The notes beneath the pieces are model-generated. The model was given only the letters and a program-made list of their open reading frames with translations, was not told the DNA's origin and searched no databases. Made by a program: the position numbers and the translations under genes. From positions 80,183-144,182 of the forward strand of contig NW_003314262.1 of the NCBI RefSeq assembly GCF_000143415.4: a stretch of DNA of 64,000 nt, written 5' to 3'. Below, in pieces: positions 11,026 to 21,724 of the stretch. This stretch comes from Selaginella moellendorffii (Eukaryota; Plantae; Lycopodiophyta). Positions within the stretch are counted from its first letter, which is position 1. Each line of letters starts with the position of its first letter.

Positions 11026-11899
11026 AACTTGTTAAAGTTCATTATACAATAAAGTTTTACAAGTCTATTCTATAAAGTTACAATAAAAGTTAAATATTTG
11101 AAAATTTAACAGAAATTATATGTATCATTTAAAAAGAGATATTAAAATTATTAAAATCTTTTTAATAAAACATTGGATAAATGGCTTTTTAGTAATAAAA
11201 TATTGAATTTTAATTTTTAAAATATATTTATATTAACTTGTACAAAATGTGAGTTCTAGTTAGCTAAAGCTTTATCTCAAAATTGTTTAAATTTAACTTT
11301 ATTTTATAAACATATTCATATATAAAATAATGAAAATTCGAAAATTATTGGTTTGTTTAAACATAACTTGAAAGGAGAGGGTGGTAGAATATTCTTTGAT
11401 ATTCTGGAATATTTACTATTTAATGGTTGTTATTCTTTAATCTTGTATTTATAATTTATAAACATGTTTATAATTTATAAGCTTTTATAAATGCTTCCTA
11501 GTATATTCAAGTTTATTCTAACATATTATGGTCGATATGGAATATGATTAGTTTTGTGTTTAAAATTATAAACATGTTATAATTATGAAGTTCCAATTGA
11601 TCAATTGGATTAATAAATAATACAAAAATTAAGCAAACAAAGCATTCATACATGCAACACACATGAAATTATTCATAGACTAATACTTGCCCAACATATG
11701 CTATCTTGTTAGCAAATACTGTTTTGAATGTTATAGTTATAATACAAACCTTTCAAGACCATTTTTTGAAATCAGAATTGGAGTATTCTAGATAGGCCTT
11801 TGTTTGTTCATAAGACTTATATCAAGAATTTCTTTCAATGCTACAAACAATGTATGGAGCAAGAATCAAATTAAAGAGGAAATTGGTGGAGGTGAAAAT

Positions 11900-12437
11900 A
11901 CTTAATATAAAACTTCTTTATATACTGTATTGATAGTGAAAGTAAAAAGGATTTATTATCCTTGGAGTGATGTGTTTTATACTTTAATACCTAGTCTTGC
12001 TAGTGATGTGCATCTTGATAAAGCTAGCCATAGATGAAAACTGGATGTGGTCAGTGTATTCTGACTTGATCAAATGTTTAGCCCTTACACTTAGAGATTG
12101 TAAGGAAATAATTGGAAATTTTCTTCTAAACATTTTAAATGGAATTTCTGTCTGAACATGTGAGTGTGATTTGAGGGATGAAAGCTCACATACCTTTGAA
12201 TTGGCTTAATACAATTTCATAGTCTAGAACTATTAGTAAGGATGTTTAAGGATGAGGTGTGTACCATTACATAGTCTAAATGATGGACATATATTCTTTT
12301 ATAGAATAAAGATAACACCTTCTTTAAGCAAAAGTTTATATGGTGGAAGAATAAGAGTAATGGAATTTAGAAATTCAATTAGAATTTTTTTTAGATGTTT
12401 AGTATTAAAAAAGTTAACACTTTCATGAATGTGTAAA
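11900..12437 (-). mobile_element. Decayed Helitron RepHel, C-terminal PIF1 helicase part
   Basis: Minus-strand remnants IEFLNS, LPPYKLLLKEG..L.KNI...LCNGTHL, PFKMFRRKFPI and G*TFDQVRIH*PHPVF.YG*LY match PIF1 C-terminal motifs. The left boundary is approximate. Confidence 0.8.
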
Positions 12438-14029
12438 TATAGCACATGTGATTTTCACCCTTTATTTTATAGTGATTTACCATAGGATAACTATGAAGTG
12501 GAACATAAACCCTCTATGTGCCACATCATATGCCACGTGCCATATGCCACATGTCTAAGGACAGTGGTGTGGAACCCGAGTTTCAAAGCTTTGGGTCATT
12601 AAACAAAGGTATGAAGCCAAACTCCTAAGTATAGAGCCAAGGAGCAATGGAATCCGACCATGGAGCAACTCCCAAGCATATAGCCCAAGGAACGAAGGGA
12701 CAAGAGCACAAAATGACTTGGAACAGTTCTAGAACATCTAGCATCCCAATGCTAGGACCAACATGCAAAACGAAGCCAAACAAAGTTTAGTGCTATTTTA
12801 GCATACCGATAGCCTAACGTGAGAATATGAGTACTCCACCAACTAACATGGTATGGAACTTGAGCTTAGACCCAAGCTAAACACAGAACAAAGACAGGCA
12901 CGCAAGCAAAAGCTAAATTATGCCTCAGGTTGGTCAACTATGCCCAACCTACCCACTATCCTTACTATATAATTGGAACCCTTCATAGTGCGCCCCCCAA
13001 CCCCTGCCCCCCTTCTTTGAGGAACATACGCTTTGGGCTTTCACCCTAAGCCTCCCTTAGTACTAGGAGTTGGGATAAACTTAAAACTTACTAAATATAG
13101 AATGTCTTTAAATTGCCAATTTGGATAAGGGATGAATACCATTGTGTTTAAGATAATCTCTACATTCTGTAGATATGCCAAATGAGCAAATCTAGACACT
13201 TTCCATAAATAGCATTTGGGATTGGATTGAGACTAACAAAAAGGGCATAATAGCGAGGGTGTTTGGTAAATACGGTAAGTTATCATCTAGCGATATTAAG
13301 AAACTAGTCTCAATACACGAGGGTTTTTATCACTAGCTAGTGTAAGACATAACGAGATGGGAGCTCTTTACTGGGCTAAGTATACTTAGCTAATAGCACG
13401 TAGGAATTTTGTCCTTATGCTCATTTGGTCTAAATACACTCAAAATGCCCAATTAACTCCACTAGCACAAAAGGGACTGATAAAGGGTTTAGCAATACTG
13501 ACATCCTGCTATCATGGCAGTAAAGAAAAATATCCAAAAGGACAACTGACAAGTAATTTTCGATACCTGAAGTCACGTTTGTGACACTCTTCCCCCCTTA
13601 GGGAAGATTGATGTCCTCATTGATATATATTCTAATCTAGAATATTGTTAAGGAAATAACTTCACAAAAAGTTCACGGTATTCACTTTGTGAGAAATGCA
13701 CCAATTTAAATGAGTTAGGCTAACCTCTTTGTCTAATGCAAATGCGCTACCAACTCAGACACATTTCGGCCATCACCGACAAAAAAATGACTAGTGGAGT
13801 GTGAGACACAAAATCCCTAGGCCCCAAAGTGGAGCTGGAAGGGTGCCACGTGGTAGTGGCCGAAGTGAAAGCCAAACGAGCATAACACGTTTGGACCGAA
13901 AGCTCCGACTTGAAAAGTTGAGAGCGGGAGTGGAACTCCCAACAAAGGGCTCGAGGAATGAGCACGAAGCTAGCAATAAGCAAGGCTCCAAAAAAAGGAC
14001 CCAAAAGGACCAACACATGACACGTGGAA

Positions 14030-14525
14030 GAGTCTGAGATGGACCCGAGATGGATCCGAGTTGGAGTCTGAGATGGATCTGAGAAGGACCCGAGATGGAG
14101 TCCGAGATGGACTCAAGATGGATCCGAGTTGGAGTCTGAGGTGGAGTCCGAGATGGACCCGAGAAGGACCCGAGATGGATCCAAGTTGGAGTCTGAGGTG
14201 GAGTCCAAGATGGACCCGAGATGGAGTCCGAGATGGAGTCTGAGATGGACCCAAGATGGAGTCCGAGATGGACCCGAGATGGAGTCCGAGATGGAGTCCG
14301 AGATGGACCGAGACGGAGTTCGAGATGGAGTCCGAGATGGAATCCGAGATGGAGTCCGAGAAGGACCCGAGATGGAATCCGAGGTCGAGACCGAGACTGG
14401 GACTGAGACTGAGACCGGGACCGAGACCGGGACCGAGATCGGGACCGAGATCGGGACCGAGACCAAGGCTGAGGCCAAGACCGAGCCCGAGTTTGAGTCC
14501 GAGTCCGAGTCCGAGTTCGAGTCTG
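14030..14525 (+). repeat. GAGATGGAGTCC/GAGATGGACCC and GAGACC/GAGTCC tandem arrays inside family-A LTRs (also ~28100-28505, 33765-34150, 44925-45492; related arrays in family-C LTRs)
   Basis: Directly visible 11-12-mer and 6-mer tandem units whose copy number differs between LTR copies. Confidence 0.95.
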
Positions 14526-15130
14526 AAAGGGTGAAAGCCCAAAGCATTCATCTCCTAGACCCTGGGGGGTTTGGTGAGCTCCAAAAGTATAGTAAGGGGG
14601 AGGACTACAGTGGAGCCAGTTTGGCTAGGAAAGGCCAGTTTGGCCTAGGAAGGCTGTACCCAATGTTGGGTGATGAGCTGCCCACTGGGAAGTCTAAGAC
14701 TAAAGTGAACATGGACCGACAAGCGGGGTAGCTTGGTGAAGTGTTCAAGAGCCAGCTCTAGTTCCCCTGGGAGATCGACTAGTCGATGCTCCCAGTCCAA
14801 GTGTGGGTGGCACTACCTACTTGGATACCTAGCGTGGCTCAACAGAACCTCGCTCTAAGCCCATGGCTAGAGCACCTAAAGGCGGAAGGTGGGGAAAGTA
14901 CCTACGGGGCTCGCGTAAGGCCGCGGTGTTCCGAAATGTTGCCCTAAAGTCCCAAACTAGGGAAAGGAGGAGGAGCAGTCCTCTAGTGTAGTGACTAAGG
15001 ATACAGTCACATGGTGAGGAAGACCTAGAGGACAATGGGACTGAGTGGCCGGGCCTACGGGCCTTGATCTAGTGGCAGTGTTGGCGAACATGGCCATGGA
15101 CAGAAAAGGGACTTGGTAGGAACTGATAAA

Positions 15131-15154
15131 AAGCTCTATTTCGTTAAAGTGGGA
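15131..15154 (+). repeat. Left terminal inverted repeat
   Basis: aagctctatttcgttaaagtggga. Confidence 0.92.
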
Positions 15155-15849
15155 TTTATTCAGTAAAATGGGACTAGGTACAAATTTTCAAGTATTTGAA
15201 AATGATGTGAAATTATATGTTTTTTGTCCAGGGGCTAGACATATCTGGGGCATGGTGACTAGCGCGGTGACTTTGTGTCCAGACTGAGTCCATCTGGTTG
15301 TATAATAAATCTCATTGTCAAAGTGAACAAGCCGAATCTGAAGTTAAAGAAGAGCGATGGCATGCGCGCACACACTATTTGTTTGTTCATTGAGCGTGTG
15401 GTGAGCTTTCCAAGATGAACGTCATTCCTATTAGCCAGACATATAACCTAATGGTGAGAACATTTAGATATTATTCAATGTTATCTTTTTCTAACGAATC
15501 TAATTGTGAAGGTGTAGCAAGAGGCATTGCTAGTCTGGAGAAGTCATTTAACTCATTTGACCCTTAGTGTATTTTCATGAAACTAAATAACATTCATATT
15601 ATTAAGGAATTTCTCTAGTACCTTTTTTTTACGACATAGAGGCTTGCATTTCTTTCAAAGGTGATTTAGTAAAAGGCCTAAGGGCACATGCCATTCTATT
15701 TCTCAGACCAGTATTAAGATATACTAGTGCAAAGGGAAAAAGGTATTTGGTGATCAAGTAAATGGCATGAGGGCACATGCCATTATAAGCCTAAGCACTA
15801 GTGGACACCTCCTTTTTGGTGTCACGCCTCACGCCATCATGCCATGCCA

Positions 15850-18800
15850 TCACACCTCCTCTGATTCAGATTCGGATTGTTCACCTTGAAATAAAATACA
15901 TTAGAAACTTAGTAAAGGAATATTAATGAATCTCACCTTGAACCCGGGTTATGAATGCTCTTGCTGCATCTCTTGCATGGTCTGGCAAGGTGATGGTGGC
16001 ACTCTACTTCCGCATCCAACCATGCACAACATTATCCACCGATATGCTCATGCTGGGATCCCTTGGATTCAGCACCCATCTCTTTTCTAGGCAATCCTTC
16101 GTATATCCGGAACTTGGCTTGAACCACTCCACAGTTACATTGAAGGAGTTAGTTTCCGCGTCCTCCTCTGCATCAGTGATGCAGCGCCCCACCCATATCA
16201 TTTGTTTTTTATTACTGGGTCTAACAAGCACGACCATTCCTTTGTAGACCTGTACTGGATTGAATGCTGAATCCGGCTTCTTGTTCCTCGGCCCACAATA
16301 GTGATCCTCAACATCGTTATCTGTCACTGCATTTCCAGAGGACATTGTTCCGCTACTATCTGGTGCTCTAGGTTCTGGCCAAAAGGACTCTTCCAATTCT
16401 TCATATACAACCGGCCCATTTTGGATAGCAGATATAATCTTCTCCCAGTATTCAAGTAAAGGCTTGCACCTCTTAAAATAGGATTCTCCACCAAACACCA
16501 ACCCCCTCTTCCAGAAGGCAATATGTTGTCTAATCCTGGCCACTATACTTTCCTGGTCTTTGAGTCCATCCGGGTGCATCGGCCGTGGGGAACCCTGAGG
16601 AATCATAGGTTCCCCAGTTATGGGATCTCTCTTGAAGAGTTCAATGCCATCCATTGGCAGCCACACTGTGTCCCATTCTCTCATCTTGTACCTTATCACT
16701 GGAGCACCGTCACGCATGCTGAAATGAAACTGAAGAGGCTTGGAGTGGCCAATCAGCGTTTCAGATCCGTCCCTGATGTAGCCTCTTACAAACCCCTTAA
16801 AGTCTGGAACCTCTGTCACAAGTGCAGCTTCAACAGTGCCTTTGATGCAATTTTGGAATTCATCGTAGAGTTGTGGGAGGGTGAGGACATTGGATCGCCG
16901 GAGGGACTCTGCCAGGTGACTGAACATGGCATCGACGTCTTCATGAGTGTGCCCAACCATGAGAAAGCCAAGTGTAACCGTTTCAAATATGCCTTTGGCA
17001 ACAAGCATCGCCAAGTACGCGAAGACGTACATGTTTTTGTTCTCACTGCTAGCATTGTCTGTTTGGAGCAGAAGATGGGGTGGAAGGCCACATCGGCCGC
17101 AAGAACTTCCTTGAGATTCTGCTTCGTTTGGATGAGGCTGTGCATTCACCGGGCGACCAGCCTCGTCGGAATGGCATGAGGCCTCACGTGATAACCCTAC
17201 AATCTGACGGCCAACATATTCACTGGGATGGCATGGGGCCCCACGCGATACTGCAAGCCTTTGCTCCTCCTCCAGCTGAACCCTATATGGGGTTCGATCG
17301 ACAAGGGCCTTATGCAAGGGTTGGCCGTTCAGCTCAGTCTGCGCACTTTGCAGAGACCTTAAGTGTTTTGCTAGGGACGCAATCATCATGTTTGCATCCC
17401 CACCACCCCATAGAGGTACAAAGAAGTTCCCATAGTTCTGGGCACCATGCCCATGAGCGATTATGCCAAACAGAGACACAGGCAGCTGCATGGATGAAGA
17501 GATTGCCTTGGGGGCAAGATTGAGTCGAGGTAAGCACGTCTTTTTCTGGTCCATTTTGTCGTGGATGATGCAGAGGTAAGAGTCAGGTCTCTCCATGGAG
17601 AGAATCCTGTTATGATAATATACAGTCCTGCAGCTTCTCTGCTCGATGTTGTGGTCGAGCCGCCTTCTAACCAACGTCTCTCGCTCTTGAGCGCTGCAAG
17701 AATTCTTCGACAAAGCCATTTTGATAGCAGTGCACTCGTCACACTTTGAAAAGCTGGAGTACTTTCCTATACTCACATCCCTGAACCTGTTGCTCCACAA
17801 TCTACTAAATCTAGATTGGCTCAGCTTCCTGTAGCCATTACTCTGGAGTTCCCGATTCACATCTTCCAATATGGCCCCCTTGGTATACATGGAAGGGAGA
17901 ACTCGTTGGGTGTCTCGTGTTCCATCTTCCAAGAGGTGGGTTTTATGTGGTTGCTGCTCGCTACATGTCTCGACAAACCTTTTGAAGATTGCCTCTCCAT
18001 ATACAACATGACCCCTGGTTTTGTGCGTACCGTCGTTCCCATGGACTACCTGTTGAACCCTTTGTTCCTCGAACTCAGTTTTGATTTTGTAAAATGTGCT
18101 TCGAGGGACTCCATAAATGATTCTCCATGCCTTCATGTAGACCAAACCCCTCTGGAAGACCATGCCCCCCACCTGATGTTCTGAAGCATCAACAGATGAC
18201 CGTAATGCCTCATACACAAAATTGCGAGCTGCCTTCCAGGACAATGTCTTGTATCTTGCTCTCTCCTCTTCAATAGCATCCCAATCAGCATGTTGACAGC
18301 ACCTCCTCTTGCAACAAGCAACTGTCGAGACCATTCGAACCTCCATCGCCATTTTCTGCCTTTTCGGTTCGTTGCTCAGATCCCTTTGGCTGCGCTTTAG
18401 GAAGGTGTACTTTCTTTTCCCATGAAGAGATGTTCTGTCATCAGTTGTAGTGGTGTTTGATTGTGAATCCTTCACATTCTCAAACACTAAATGCCTCAAT
18501 TTCCACCGCACAATGCTTCCAATAGTCAGGTTGTTTTCTTCTGTGTCAACAACCTCTAAAATCGCAACTCCAATATCATCCCAGCCCAATTCTTGATTAG
18601 CAACCGCATCTCTTGGATCGACAACTGTGGCTAAGCCCTCAGCTACCACCTCCCCCTCGGGGTTGTTTATAAACACCTTTGCCTGAATCCATGTAGCACG
18701 GTTCTTAAGATCCACGGAGGGAACATGCGTCGCACTTGCGCTGTCCCCAACATCTGCTTTCTTCTGCAGATTTTTCAAGGCAACAACAACATTTACCCCG

Positions 18801-18993
18801 ACGACCATCTCTCCTCGTTCAATAGCGACCACATTCCCATCGAAGACAGTCTCTACTGATACAGCAGCATTGCCTTCCCCAAGCCTTTGACAGTGTATAA
18901 CAAAGTTCCGATCCATAGACACAAGGGTCCCTTTTGCAACTCTCTTTCCACCATTCAAAATGTAAACCTTTTCCCCAACCCTGAAGGCTATTC
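15850..18993 (-). CDS. Sola-like DDD transposase (984-aa ORF 16004-18958) with N-terminal Tnp1/EnSpm-like repeats and a C-terminal BAH/SH3-like barrel; probable premature stop near the end
   Basis: SKCDEC, IIHDKMDQ, LQTDNASSENKN and GFLMVGHTHEDVDAMFS give CxxC plus three catalytic Asp. An acceptor near 18993 implies upstream exons. The frame continues past TAG 16004-16006 into a 52-nt intron (15885-15936) and a last exon ending at TGA 15850. Confidence 0.85.
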
Positions 18994-19554
18994 TGAAAGT
19001 GTAGAAAAGAAGTTAAGACCATACAAAAAATGATTGGAGAATGGCCTAAATCATAACATACCAAATAGCATGAGGCCACATGCCATTATTCAAACATGCT
19101 ATTGACACCCACGTGAAATTTCGCATTCACAAAATTGGCATAAGCCCTCATGCCATTAGTGGTACCACTAATGGCATGAAGCCTCACGCTATCTTTGGCC
19201 CCTGCTAGCCTATTGCTATATTCCTTTTGCCTTGCTGCAACTGGTATATAATTTTTGTGTGCGTGACTAGTCACCCATACAAAAATATATACAGTTGCAG
19301 CAAGGCAAAAGGAATATGGCAATAGGCTAGTAGGGGCCAAATATGGCATGAGGCCTCATGCCATCTTGATATACACACAGCTGTAGGCAAGTAAAAACAT
19401 ACATGACAATACGCTAGCCATGAAATTGCAAGGGCCCAAGATGGCATGTGGCCTCATGCCATTTCTAAATATGGTCCTAAACCATTCCATGGTGAACATA
19501 CCAGGAAGCACAAGTGCCGAATATCAAGAGGAAGCGGTAGCCACACCAAAGACA

Positions 19555-19770
19555 GTGCCGCTCGCAACACTGCAACTACTCGTAGCACCGCTCGCAACAC
19601 CGCAATTGCTCGTAGCGCCGCTCGCACAAACTGCCACTCGCATAAACTGCCGCTCGCAATGGCGCTCGCAATGCCGCAACCGCTTGTAGACGCATAAACC
19701 ACAGCTCACAACGCCGCTTACACAAGCAGCGCTCACTGCGCTCAGCGGAACCAAGAACACGGCGCACAAA
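19555..19770. repeat. Degenerate tandem repeat with CGCTCGCA core (~30-bp then ~15-bp units) upstream of the transposase
   Basis: gtgccgctcgcaacactgcaactactc / gtagcaccgctcgcaacaccgcaattgctc / gtagcgccgctcgcacaaact... Confidence 0.8.
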
Positions 19771-20485
19771 AATGATAGACCTAGGAATGAGTTCGAGAAT
19801 TCAAAAATAACACACGCTTGAACGTCACATCAAATCCTCTGACAAACCAGATCTTATGATTCCTCTGACAAATTTCAAACTGAGTAGCTTCTAGACTTTG
19901 CTGTCGGAGGTTGAACTTTGTCACATCATGTCCTTGCCTCAATCCAGCTGTGCCATGTCAGTGATTCGAACTTTGTCATGCCATGTCAACGATCCGCGCC
20001 AAGATTATTCGCCGTGTAAAGGAATAATTATGCTGTGTGTGTACGTCCATTTATGGCAATATAAGGCCACACACCATTCAAAGAATAATGCTAGTCAAGC
20101 ATTTTTTGGTGCATTTTTGGGTTCAAAATTGCATGAGCCCACACGCTATAAAGTTTACCTGTACCAAAAATAGAAACAGCTTTATTTACTTGGGAATTTA
20201 AGTGGTTGAGGCATTTTTAAACTTACAAACACATGCCCTACTTACATTCCTTTGGTTGCTTAAAATTCAAAAATATTATAAACCTTTCTTTTTGCATTTT
20301 CAATGTTTTCAATTATGGTTTTTGATTTTCGCAGGATCAGCCTAGTAATCTATTTGCATCCCGTCATGTTTATAGCTAGCTTTCATTTGTCCCCTTCGCT
20401 AGCCTGAGATACATCTGCTTGGCATCTGCCTCTTACAGCATTTGCCCAGAAAGGGCATCTTTCTTCACGCAGCATTTGCCACATG

Positions 20486-20511
20486 TTTAGGGTTTAGGGT
20501 TTAGGGTTTAG
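20486..20511 (+). promoter_or_regulatory. (TTTAGGG)3.7 telobox / interstitial telomeric motif between the two divergent genes
   Basis: tttagggtttagggtttagggtttag; a regulatory role is inferred only. Confidence 0.6.
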
Positions 20512-21399
20512 CAATTCAATAGCTTGATAAACATGCAAATACAGAACTTGATGCAAAATCCTTTGATATGTCACAATGCCCCTAGGACCATAAACACATT
20601 TCAATAGAGAGGGTCCTTTCATTTTATAACTCCTTACGTAGATCTTGGTGAAACTAGAGTTAGTGAAGTTGGTTTCTTGTGATCCCACATCTGATTGTGA
20701 TGTCCCTTTGCAGTGTCGATGGAAAGGTCAATGCACACCAAACTGTAAAATCTTGGAGCAAAATAACAGTCGGATCTATGGCAAATGCCCCTGAAACATT
20801 GTAAGGCTCGTGTGGTCTCATGTGGTGTCCGATCGAGATGCTTCTTTGCAGGGTCATCAAGAAGGACATTGTATACCGTTCTGTAAAATCTAGTTGCGAT
20901 CTAACGGTTGGATCTCCAGAAAACTCAAAACAATCTCGCGCGTGTCAGAATATTCTAGGAATATACTCCTATGTGCCCCTGAAAATGGCATGCGGCCCCA
21001 CGCCATTCAAGAGATAACGCCAGATAATGCCGAGCATTTTTTGGTGCATTTTTTGGGATCAAAATTGCATGAGCCCACACACTTGAACGTCACATCAAAT
21101 CCTCTGAAAATTTATTTAGCTGAACATCTGGCATTTTTGGAAATACAAGATGCCTTGGAATATCCAATCATGCATGGTATAAATATAGCGAGGGTATTAA
21201 ATGATATCCCAATCATGATCTTTCTTTTGGATTTCACGTGCATGCAGTTCGAGGAATGATGATGTTGCGGATTTCTTTTGGATTTCACGCACGATCCAGA
21301 AATTAATGGTGGCGCCCAAGTCCGAGGAATGATGACGTGGTGGGATTACCAATCGTCGTGACATTTCGCGCGTGTGAGGTTAGGTTTTGCATTTTGCTT

Positions 21400-21610
21400 C
21401 GTACTCGCGCTCGCACACTCGCGCTTGCATCGCGCTCCCACTCGCGCTCCCACTTCTCTACAGGTTTCTCGTGTGCATCGGCGTCCACTCGCGCTGGCAT
21501 CACACTCGCGCTCGTGTGCATCGGCGTCCACTTCAAGACACACCCAGTTTGTAACTTCGCCGCCAACTCCGCCGCCCACTCCACGCAGCCCACTTGGCGT
21601 CCCGGGAGAT
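21400..21610 (+). promoter_or_regulatory. CpG-rich CTCGCGCT repeat tract, probable promoter/5' UTR of the cargo gene
   Basis: actcgcgctcgcacactcgcgcttgcatcgcgctcccactcgcgctcccac..., directly upstream of ATG|gtaagt at 21725. Confidence 0.45.
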
Positions 21611-21724
21611 TTTAGCGCCACTCTCCAACTGTAAGTGGCAGAGTAGCCTTGCTGTTACGATCCGCTACACACACAGTGCACATTCGCCAGCGAGTCCGGT
21701 TGTCACGCCTCCATTCGGCTTCAA

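Noticed and set aside
13970-14731. Long ORFs such as MESEMESE, RWSPRWSP, LGLGLG, SDSDSD (also ~28 kb, 34 kb, 45 kb, 51-52 kb, 59 kb)
   Set aside because: Translations of stop-free tandem arrays in LTRs, open in several frames on both strands.
20486-20511. Chromosome end or healed break
   Set aside because: Fewer than four units, inside a TIR-bounded element.
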